DNA of 64,000 bases from Bacteroidota bacterium (GCA_022708105.1 JAKIZI010000005.1:2820-66819); one strand, 5' to 3'; numbered from the stretch's first letter, positions 10,373-17,563 are shown. The notes: generated from the letters alone by a model not told the origin. Made by a program: numbers and translations.

Positions 10373-13300
10373 ATGATAGATTTTTCAAAACCTTACAACA
10401 GAGAAGATTTCCTCACGTTTTTAGAAGATGATTTGCTTCCGAATGATTTTGAAATTTGCGAAAAAGAGATACCTTTATCAGGTTTTCAACAAAGGTTTGT
10501 TTCATCAGTAACAAAATTAGGAACGTGTAAAAGCTTGGGGTTAGATGTTTTTGAAATGAAACATCAATCTTTACATGATGCACGTGTTGGAATCTCTAAA
10601 GATGCCTTTCAAATAATTCTTCATAAAAGTTTGAATAATAGAGCTTTGGTTATTTTTCTACCTCATCAAAATAATGAACAATATCGTTTTTCACTTATCC
10701 AAATTGAAACATCAATAGAAGATGATAAACTAAGAAGAAGTTATTCAAATCCACGCAGATATTCCTACATTCTAGGAAAAGGGACACCAACAACAACACC
10801 TACTCAATTTTTGGGAAAAGGAAGAATAAGAGCTACTGAAAAAAATTCATTATTCGATGATTTACAAAATCGTTTCTCTGTTGAAGTATTAACAAAACAA
10901 TTTTACAATGAATTGTTTGAATGGTATCAATGGGCTTTATCTCCACAAATGGGAATTACTTATCCTAATAATACAGATATTCTAAGCGATGACCGCCATA
11001 AAATTGAAGAGCATCTTATTCGTTTGATTACTAGAATTATGTTTGTTTGGTTCATTAAACAAAAAAAACTTGTTCCTGACAATCTGTTTGAAATTGACTT
11101 TTTAAAATCTATCTTGAAAGATTTTGATCCCCAAAGTAGAATTGTGGGTAATTACTACAATGCCATTTTGCAAAATCTATTTTTTGCAACACTTAATAAA
11201 GAAATTGGAAAAAGAGATTTTGCATATGATGAGGATGATCGCAATATGCGAAAAGAACATTATGGCATTAAAACTTTATATCGTTATAAAGAGATGTTTT
11301 CTATTTCAGATAATGAAATTGTTAAACTTTTCCAATCTGTTCCATTTCTTAATGGAGGATTATTTGAATGTCTTGATAAAGAAAAAGATGCTGATACAGA
11401 TCTAATCATTTATTACGACGGATTCAGCAGAAATAAAGATTTTTTTCCTAATACACAGACTTATAAGTGTAGAGCATTTATTCCTAATCAACTTTTTTTT
11501 GATGAACAAAAAGGATTAATCCCCTTACTTGCAAAATACAATTTTACTGTTGAAGAAAATTCACCAAATGATGCAGATGTAGCCCTTGATCCCGAATTAT
11601 TAGGAAAAGTTTTTGAAAATCTTTTAGGTGCTTATAATCCGGAAACGAAAGAGACTGCACGAAACCAATCCGGCTCTTTTTACACACCAAGAGAAATTGT
11701 TGATTATATGGTCAATGAATCGCTTATAGCCTATACCGAATCATCTTGTTCTAATTCTCCTAATAATATTCCAAAAGATATCTTTCGAGAATTATTTACG
11801 AAAGAAGATTTACCTGAATTTCTGGTTAATAGTCATGAATATTGCGAATTAATTGCCAATAAATTACGTTCAGCTAAAATATTAGATCCGGCCTGCGGTT
11901 CGGGCGCATTTCCAATGGGAATATTAAATAAAATGGTTCGTGTGTTAGAAAAATTGGATTGTAGAAAAGAAAAAACTGTTTATGCCCAAAAACTACATCT
12001 GATTGAAAATTGTATTTATGGGGTTGATATCCAAAATATTGCTGTTCAAATAAGCAAATTACGATTTTTTATTTCTTTAATATGCGAACAGGAAAAAGAT
12101 GAAACTAAGCCCAATTATGGAATTCCCACTCTTCCCAATTTGGAAACCAAATTTGTAGCAGCGAACACTTTAATTGACATTAAAAAACGTCCGGCTCAAG
12201 GTAATTTATTTGAAGACCCGGAAATAGAAATTACTCAAAAAGAGTTATTAGCAGTAAGAAAGCAACACTTTTCCGCAATCAATGCACAACAGAAAGCCGA
12301 ATGCCGTTTTAAGGATAAGCAATTACGCGAAAAATTGGCAAAATTACTCGCTGACAATGAAGAATACTCTCCTGACGATGCAATACAAATGGCCCATTGG
12401 AATCCTTATGACCAAAATGCCACTTCTCTGTTTTTTGATGCAGAGTGGATGTTCGGAGTCAATACAGGATTTGATATTGTAATTGGGAATCCGCCGTATA
12501 TTTCAACTAAAGGAGTAAAAGAAGATGATAAAAAAGCGCTTGAAAAGGAATTTGGCTTTGCTGACGATACGTATAACCATTTCTTTTTCAAAGGGAAACA
12601 ATTATTAAACACAAATGGAAACTTAACTTTTATCACTCCAAAAACATTTTGGACGACACAAACAAAACGTAATTTGCGAGATTTATTGCTCGATAATAAA
12701 ATCAATTATTTTTTCGATACGGCGAATCCGTTTGAGGCTGCAATGGTTGATGCATGCATTACTTCGTTTACAAATAAAACAGTAAAAAACAATGAAATTC
12801 GTTTTTTAGATGGAAGCAAAGATTTGTCTAATCCATTTAAATATTTCGTTTCTCAAGAGGTTTACCGCAACACACAGAACTCTGTAATTTTCAAACCAAC
12901 CCCCGAAAACATGCGTATTTACGAGAAATACGGTCAAAAGGTAAAAGAACTTTATGACAAATGGTGGGACAAAATCAAAACTTCGCGGGATATTGAAAAA
13001 AACAAAGAAGAACTTGAAGCCTATCGTAAGAGTTTGAAACCCGGTGATGTTGCTTTACTTGGTTGCTTAACAGAAGGTGGTCAGGGATTGGCTACTGCAA
13101 ACAACGGTAAATATATTGCCGTCAGAAAATCCACAAAATGGGCAAAAAATATTTTGGAATCACGTTCTAAAAAACTTGTCGAAGCCATACAAAAAAAGAA
13201 AATACAAGTGCAAGGTTTAGAGCAATTTGCTAATGTTACAGATTTTCTTACATCTTTGTCGGAAATTGAAATAGCAAAATTATTTGATGACCTCAAAGAA

Positions 13301-13987
13301 AAATATGGTCGTGATATTTTTGGTCAAGGTTATATTTATCGTTTAATAGACGATAATGAAGTCGCAAATGTAAATGAGTTAACGCAAGACGAAAAAGACA
13401 ATGGCATTGATACTTCCAAAAAGTATTATGTTCCTTACGATAAAGGTGATAAAGACGGAAACCGATGGTATCTTGAGACACCTTTTGCCATCGCTTGGAG
13501 CAAAGAAAATGTCCGTTTTTTGAAGACGAATTCAGGCAAAAAAGGTGAAGGCATGCCTGTCGTTAGAAATCCACAATTCTATTTTAGGGAGGGGCTCTGT
13601 TGGAATGATATAAATACTACATTTTTAAAATGTCGTTTAAAGGGTAAAAGTATTAATGACGTAAAAAGCATGAGTCTATTTCCCTTGTGTGATTTTGTTC
13701 CTATTTCCTTTATTGTTTGTGTTATAAATTCAACTTTTATAAGTTATTATGTTGATAATTATGTGAATAATACACAAACTTTTCAAATTAATGATGCAAG
13801 GCAACTTCCGATTGTTATTCCAACAAAAGAAACTTTGATAAGCTATAACAGAATTTTTGATGAAGCATATGCTGTTAAACAAGAGCTGTTTTGTAACAGC
13901 GTTAATATCAATGAGGATGAACAAAAATTAAACAGCATTCAAAAGAGAATAGATAAAATGGTTATACAATTATACGGTTTGGAGTAA
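10373..13987 (+). CDS. Eco57I-like gamma-class N6-adenine DNA methyltransferase with C-terminal TRD-like region (expressed copy of the shufflon)
   Basis: 1204 aa. Motif I DPACGSGAF (11885..11911) lies upstream of motif IV GNPPY (NPPY at 12488..12499). Starts 12 nt after the helicase stop. The C-terminal 135-160 aa are paralogous to two downstream cassettes. Confidence 0.85.
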   Translation: MIDFSKPYNREDFLTFLEDDLLPNDFEICEKEIPLSGFQQRFVSSVTKLGTCKSLGLDVFEMKHQSLHDARVGISKDAFQIILHKSLNNRALVIFLPHQNNEQYRFSLIQIETSIEDDKLRRSYSNPRRYSYILGKGTPTTTPTQFLGKGRIRATEKNSLFDDLQNRFSVEVLTKQFYNELFEWYQWALSPQMGITYPNNTDILSDDRHKIEEHLIRLITRIMFVWFIKQKKLVPDNLFEIDFLKSILKDFDPQSRIVGNYYNAILQNLFFATLNKEIGKRDFAYDEDDRNMRKEHYGIKTLYRYKEMFSISDNEIVKLFQSVPFLNGGLFECLDKEKDADTDLIIYYDGFSRNKDFFPNTQTYKCRAFIPNQLFFDEQKGLIPLLAKYNFTVEENSPNDADVALDPELLGKVFENLLGAYNPETKETARNQSGSFYTPREIVDYMVNESLIAYTESSCSNSPNNIPKDIFRELFTKEDLPEFLVNSHEYCELIANKLRSAKILDPACGSGAFPMGILNKMVRVLEKLDCRKEKTVYAQKLHLIENCIYGVDIQNIAVQISKLRFFISLICEQEKDETKPNYGIPTLPNLETKFVAANTLIDIKKRPAQGNLFEDPEIEITQKELLAVRKQHFSAINAQQKAECRFKDKQLREKLAKLLADNEEYSPDDAIQMAHWNPYDQNATSLFFDAEWMFGVNTGFDIVIGNPPYISTKGVKEDDKKALEKEFGFADDTYNHFFFKGKQLLNTNGNLTFITPKTFWTTQTKRNLRDLLLDNKINYFFDTANPFEAAMVDACITSFTNKTVKNNEIRFLDGSKDLSNPFKYFVSQEVYRNTQNSVIFKPTPENMRIYEKYGQKVKELYDKWWDKIKTSRDIEKNKEELEAYRKSLKPGDVALLGCLTEGGQGLATANNGKYIAVRKSTKWAKNILESRSKKLVEAIQKKKIQVQGLEQFANVTDFLTSLSEIEIAKLFDDLKEKYGRDIFGQGYIYRLIDDNEVANVNELTQDEKDNGIDTSKKYYVPYDKGDKDGNRWYLETPFAIAWSKENVRFLKTNSGKKGEGMPVVRNPQFYFREGLCWNDINTTFLKCRLKGKSINDVKSMSLFPLCDFVPISFIVCVINSTFISYYVDNYVNNTQTFQINDARQLPIVIPTKETLISYNRIFDEAYAVKQELFCNSVNINEDEQKLNSIQKRIDKMVIQLYGLE
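13511..13527. repeat. inverted repeat arm IR-1 (in the expressed MTase copy)
   Basis: GTCCGTTTTTTGAAGAC (encodes VRFLKT). Its perfect reverse complement is at 14767..14783. Confidence 0.9.
13577..13593. repeat. inverted repeat arm IR-2 (in the expressed MTase copy)
   Basis: TTCTATTTTAGGGAGGG (encodes FYFREG). Its perfect reverse complement is at 14719..14735. The match extends to 24/27. Confidence 0.9.
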
Positions 13988-13988
13988 T

Positions 13989-14016
13989 GAGGGATTTTGC
14001 TGGACAAATGTTTTAA
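13989..14016. repeat. inverted repeat arm IR-3 (cassette B side)
   Basis: GAGGGATTTTGCTGGACAAATGTTTTAA matches the reverse complement of 14696..14723 at 25/28. Confidence 0.7.
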
Positions 14017-14354
14017 ATCCACAAGCACGGCTTTTAAAAGCAAAAATGAAAGCAAAATCGGTAAATGACGTAGGTTCAATGGCATTATATTCAATGCTTT
14101 ACGTTACACCTAATTATTATTTTGTTGCATTACTAAATTCAGAATTATTGTTTGATTATTATCGTGATTATATAAATTGCACTGTAAATATTCAAATAAA
14201 CGATATTCGGCAGTTACCTATCATAATACCAACAGAAAAACAACTCAAAAAAATTGAAATAATTTTCCACAAGGCTGTGAGTTTGAAAAAAGACAGTAAT
14301 TCAATAATTGAACTCAATGAATTAGAAAATGAATTAGAAAAAGATATTAGAATA

Positions 14355-14369
14355 TTATATGAAATATAA
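14355..14369. repeat. 15-nt palindrome holding the stop codons of cassettes B and C
   Basis: TTATAT-GAA-ATATAA. TAA at 14367..14369 on the plus strand and TAA (reverse of 14355..14357) on the minus strand. Confidence 0.8.
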
Positions 14370-14695
14370 TTTTTGTATATATTTATCTATCTTATTTTGA
14401 ATAATTTCTAATTCTGAATCATTATCGTTGATGCGTAAAAGTATTGCTTGATCAAAAATATTTTTCACCTCTAATAATTCTTGTCTTGTTGGTACAACTA
14501 TTGGAATTAACTTGGCATCTCCAGTAGTACAATGCGAAGTTGAATTTACAAATGAATCAACATAGTAAGCAATTAAACGAGAGTTCATTACTGTTATCAT
14601 ATAAAATTCAGGAACATCTTCTGTTTCAGAAAAAAATGACATACTTTCTGTGCTATGTACCGTTGATTGTTTCTTTCTACATTTAATATGCGTGG

Positions 14696-14723
14696 TTAAA
14701 ACATTATTCCAACAAAATCCCTC
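14696..14723. repeat. inverted repeat arm IR-3 (cassette C side)
   Basis: Its reverse complement, GAGGGATTTTGTTGGAATAATGTTTTAA, matches 13989..14016 at 25/28. Confidence 0.7.
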
Positions 14724-14735
14724 CCTAAAATAGAA
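14719..14735. repeat. inverted repeat arm IR-2 (cassette C side)
   Basis: CCCTCCCTAAAATAGAA is the perfect reverse complement of 13577..13593. Confidence 0.9.
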
Positions 14736-14766
14736 CATATATCCTTGATAACGAGCCTTCGGGTCA

Positions 14767-14783
14767 GTCTTCAAAAAACGGAC
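14767..14783. repeat. inverted repeat arm IR-1 (cassette C side)
   Basis: GTCTTCAAAAAACGGAC is the perfect reverse complement of 13511..13527. It lies 12 nt from the recombinase stop codon. Confidence 0.9.
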
Positions 14784-14795
14784 GTTATTATAGAT

Positions 14796-15446
14796 TTAGT
14801 AAATTCCTCGTTTCCAACGTCCATTATTTGATTTTATTGGTTCGCGTACATTTGTATAAGCAAGGTATCGGTATAATGTTCCACGTGCTATTTTCAGGTG
14901 TTTTGCAATCAACGGAATACTTTCGCCTTGTGCAATTTTTCTGATAATATAATAGTGTTTTGTTGTACATTTCCGGTTTAGCGATTTGTTTCTAATGCCT
15001 TTTTGTCTGCCAATAATTTTCCCTTCCGCCTTTGCTCTCGCCAATGCCTCTTTTGTCCGCTGAGAAATCAAATTACGTTCAATTTCAGCCGAAAGTCCAA
15101 ATGCAAACGCTAAAACTTTGCTCGAAATGTCGCTACCAAGACGGTAATTGTCTTTAATCGTCCAAAGTTGGATTTCTTTTTTCATACAGGCGGAAAGTAC
15201 ATCCATAATCATAAACAGACTACGTCCTAAACGTGAAAGTTCGGAACAAATAAGAATGTCGTCCTTTTGTAGTTTTTTTAGCAATTTGCCCAATTGCCGT
15301 TTTTCAACGGCCTTAGTGCCGCTAATGGTTTCTTCAATCCATTCATCAATTTTCAAATTCTGTCGCTCACAAAAGTTATTAATTTCAAAGCGCTGGTTTT
15401 CTACTGTTTGTTTATCGCTGCTAACGCGAATGTATCCATAAATCAT
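14796..15446 (-). CDS. serine recombinase (resolvase/invertase family), candidate shufflon invertase
   Basis: MIYGYIRVSSDKQ catalytic-serine motif, SELSRLGRS, AEIERNLISQRTKEALA, and a C-terminal HTH (IAKHLKIARGTLYRYL). Start set at ATG 15446; the 29 upstream codons in the ORF track look spurious. Confidence 0.85.
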   Translation of the reverse strand: MIYGYIRVSSDKQTVENQRFEINNFCERQNLKIDEWIEETISGTKAVEKRQLGKLLKKLQKDDILICSELSRLGRSLFMIMDVLSACMKKEIQLWTIKDNYRLGSDISSKVLAFAFGLSAEIERNLISQRTKEALARAKAEGKIIGRQKGIRNKSLNRKCTTKHYYIIRKIAQGESIPLIAKHLKIARGTLYRYLAYTNVREPIKSNNGRWKRGIY

Positions 15447-15598
15447 AGTGTTTTTTTGTAGGGAAGATAAGAAAAAAATCTTACCACCAAAAAACAAAAT
15501 CCGCAGGCAGATACAAGACAAGAGTATCCGCAAATAGACAATATCTTGTATGAGGTGAATGAGAAGAAAATAAAAATGAGAAAAATAAATTGAGATTC

Positions 15599-15637
15599 GG
15601 TTGACAATTTAAAATATTTATATTACATTTGTCAACC
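15599..15637. promoter_or_regulatory. operator-like inverted repeat in the recombinase / XRE-ImmA divergent region
   Basis: GGTTGACAA (15599..15607) and TTGTCAACC (15629..15637), 9-bp arms separated by 21 nt. The right arm overlaps the -7 box TACATTTG. Confidence 0.4.
15624..15631 (+). promoter_or_regulatory. putative -7 box (TAnnTTTG) for the XRE-ImmA gene
   Basis: TACATTTG, 25 nt upstream of the ATG at 15656. Confidence 0.4.
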
Positions 15638-15655
15638 AAATAAAGATACTGAATT

Positions 15656-16708
15656 ATGAATATAAATTTTTCACAACGGCTTAAAAATGCGAGGGTTATG
15701 AACGGACTCTCGATGGATGACCTATGTAAGAAATTGAATAATATAGTGTCAAAACAATCCATTTCCAAATATGAAAGCGGCAAAATGATGCCTGATAGTA
15801 CTGTGCTGATAGCCCTATCTAACGCACTTAACGTAAAAATAGATTATTTTTTTCGTCCACTATCCGTTTCATTGGGGAATATTGAATTTAGAAAAAAAAC
15901 TAAATTATCGAATCGTGAACTTTTAACTATCAAAGAAATTATTCGCGATAAGTTGGAACGATATGTGGAAGTTGAGGATATATGTAATATGATATCCGAT
16001 TTCTCTACTGATTTTTCTAATGTTACCGTGCATGGCGAAGATGATATATATGCTCTTGCAGCACGATTAAAGAACGAATGGCAATTGGGCGAAGATGGCA
16101 TCAATAATCTTATTGAAATATTAGAAGAACACCAAATTAAGGTTATAGAAATTAATGAAGTTGATAGTTTTGATGGATTAAGCGGATTGGTCGGAGCAAA
16201 AAAACCGATAATTGTAATCAACAAATCATTTACCGTTGAGAGAAAACGTTTTACCGCTTTGCACGAATTAGGACATATTTTATTGCATTTTGACGAGAAT
16301 TTAGATTCAAAAGTAAAAGAACATTTATGCCATTTGTTCGCAAGCGAAATGCTTATCTCCCGTGATGTATTTTTTAAAATGATTGGAAATTCAAGGAAAG
16401 ATATTTCATTGAATGAACTTCGCGACATACAAACTCAATTTGGGATATCTGTTGACGCCTTGATGTTTAAAGCAAAACAGTTGAATATCATTAGCGAACA
16501 GCGACACAAATATTTCTGTATGCAGAAAAATAAAAATACGGAATTTAAGCACAAAGTTATGCTGAGTACGGCAAAACCAGAAAACTCAAACCGATTTGAA
16601 CGCTTGGTATATCGTGCATTAGCCAGCGATATTATTTCTTTGTCAAAAGCGTCTGTATTACTCAATATTCCGTTAACAACAGTTCGTAACGAATTAAATT
16701 TGGTATAG
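15656..16708 (+). CDS. fused XRE-family HTH regulator / ImmA-IrrE-type zinc metallopeptidase
   Basis: 350 aa. N-terminal HTH (LSMDDLCKKLNNIVSKQSISKYESGKMMP). HEXXH motif HELGH at 16262..16276 in a COG2856-like C-terminal domain. Confidence 0.8.
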   Translation: MNINFSQRLKNARVMNGLSMDDLCKKLNNIVSKQSISKYESGKMMPDSTVLIALSNALNVKIDYFFRPLSVSLGNIEFRKKTKLSNRELLTIKEIIRDKLERYVEVEDICNMISDFSTDFSNVTVHGEDDIYALAARLKNEWQLGEDGINNLIEILEEHQIKVIEINEVDSFDGLSGLVGAKKPIIVINKSFTVERKRFTALHELGHILLHFDENLDSKVKEHLCHLFASEMLISRDVFFKMIGNSRKDISLNELRDIQTQFGISVDALMFKAKQLNIISEQRHKYFCMQKNKNTEFKHKVMLSTAKPENSNRFERLVYRALASDIISLSKASVLLNIPLTTVRNELNLV

Positions 16709-16711
16709 AAT

Positions 16712-17215
16712 ATGGATATTGTTGTAAGCGATACAAATATATTTATTGACTTATACTTAATTGGTTTGCTGAATGAATTTTTTGCATTGCCATTTCATAT
16801 CCACACAGTTGATTTTGTTATCAATGAAATAACCGAAGAAAAACAAAAAAGAACGATAACAAAGTTCCTTACAGCTAATAGGCTATTTGTAAAAAAATAT
16901 TCAATTATTGAATTACAAGAGCTTGTAAAATTAAATATCTCGTGTAAAGGGAATGTTTCCATAACAGATTGTGCAGTTTGAAAATATGCCAGAACCAATA
17001 ATTACACACTATTAACAGGCGATAAACAATTGCGTAATCAGGCAATAATGGATGGAGTTACTGTAGCTGGTTTAATATTTATTTTTGATCAATTAGTTAA
17101 ATGCAATATTATAACGCCACTTATTGCTGCCGAGAAATTAGAAAAATTATTACAAAATAACAAACGTTTACCCAAACGAGAAATAGAAGAACGCTTGTTA
17201 AAATGGAAGAAATAA
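16712..17215 (+). pseudogene. PIN-like (DUF3368/PIN_3-type) nuclease gene interrupted by one in-frame TGA
   Basis: ORFs 16712..16981 and 17030..17215 are in the same frame. Read through TGA 16979..16981 they give MDIVVSDTNIFIDL...SITDCAV*KYARTNNYTLLTGDKQLRNQA...VAGLIFIFDQL. This has the N-terminal acidic PIN motif and the LLTGD motif on either side of the stop. Confidence 0.6.
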
Positions 17216-17493
17216 ATAATTTATTTATTTCCTGACAGCCTAAACTCTATTTTATAGTTTTTTTTCTCCAGCGTAATCCCGTAAAACGGATAAATTAAGT
17301 TATCTATTGGGTGATAACTTGATACAAAAATAACTGAGCAAAACGCAAGCAAATTGTATTAAAAAATGTTTTAAATCAGCCAATGGAGATAAAATGATTG
17401 CATGCAAAAAAGTCAAGAAAAAATATTTTGATTATTTGCTCATTAAATATGATTTGTATTTCTTTCTCGATAGCACTATAAAATCCCACTAAT

Positions 17494-17563
17494 GATAATA
17501 AGTCTCTCCGGCGAGCCGCAAGGCAGCATACTTGAGGGGCGTTACTTATTTTGGCTCATTATC
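17494..17563. other. GC-rich hairpin-forming island in an AT-rich spacer (unassigned; possible small structured RNA or repeat relic)
   Basis: AATAAGT (17497..17503) pairs with ACTTATT (17544..17550). The core CTCTCCGGCGAGCCGCAAGGCAGCATACTTGAGGGGCGTT contains a GCC-GCAA-GGC GNRA hairpin (17515..17524). Confidence 0.25.

Larger units (their letters stand above)
13989..14369 (+). other. silent C-terminal cassette B of the methyltransferase (no start codon of its own; direct orientation)
   Basis: The open frame starts 1 nt after the MTase TAA: EGFCWTNVLNPQARLLKAKMKAKSVNDVGSMALYS...INDIRQLPIIIPTEKQL...ILYEI*. It is paralogous to MTase residues from EGLCW to the end. The ORF-track start at 14046 is an internal Met. 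Confidence 0.75.
14355..14795 (-). other. silent C-terminal cassette C of the methyltransferase (inverted orientation)
   Basis: Minus-strand open frame: IYNNVRFLKTDPKARYQGYMFYFREGFCWNNVLTTHIKCRKK...SMSFF...YYVDSFVN...GDAKLIPIVVPTRQELL...KLYFI*. It shares the NVRFLKT, FYFREG-CW, SMS, YYVD and LPI-V-PT blocks with the MTase C-terminus. The Met at 14774 is internal, not a real start. Confidence 0.8.

Noticed and set aside
7019-13987. Calling the helicase/MTase pair DISARM or BREX
   Set aside because: Hallmark genes are absent from the island and the whole window: DrmA/DrmB (DUF1998) for DISARM, and PglZ, BrxC and BrxA/B/L for BREX. Only domain families overlap, so I describe it as an atypical R-M-like pair instead.
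14046-14774. ORF-track genes 14046..14369 (+, 107 aa) and 14355..14774 (-, 139 aa) as independent small proteins
   Set aside because: Both frames stay open upstream of their first Met. That upstream part continues the homology to the MTase C-terminus (EGFCW..., NVRFLKT...FYFREG). Neither has a promoter box or a plausible start context. They are better explained as silent shufflon cassettes.
14784-14798. The recombinase stop codon (14796..14798) is in the same frame as cassette C, which hints at a readthrough fusion
   Set aside because: Only one stop and four codons separate them. However, the recombinase already has a complete C-terminal HTH and there is no recoding signal. This is most likely a coincidence of tight packing.
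16979-16981. TGA reassignment (genetic code 4/25) for the whole genome
   Set aside because: All long housekeeping ORFs are intact under the standard code, and TGA serves as the stop of the S8 peptidase ORF. If TGA were sense, the standard-code ORF track would be fragmented.
17494-17563. GC-rich hairpin as the SRP (4.5S/ffs) RNA
   Set aside because: It has a GNRA-capped stem followed by AGCA on the 3' side, reminiscent of SRP domain IV. But the 5' side of the symmetric loop and the flanking helices do not match the conserved SRP pattern, and the helix is too short.
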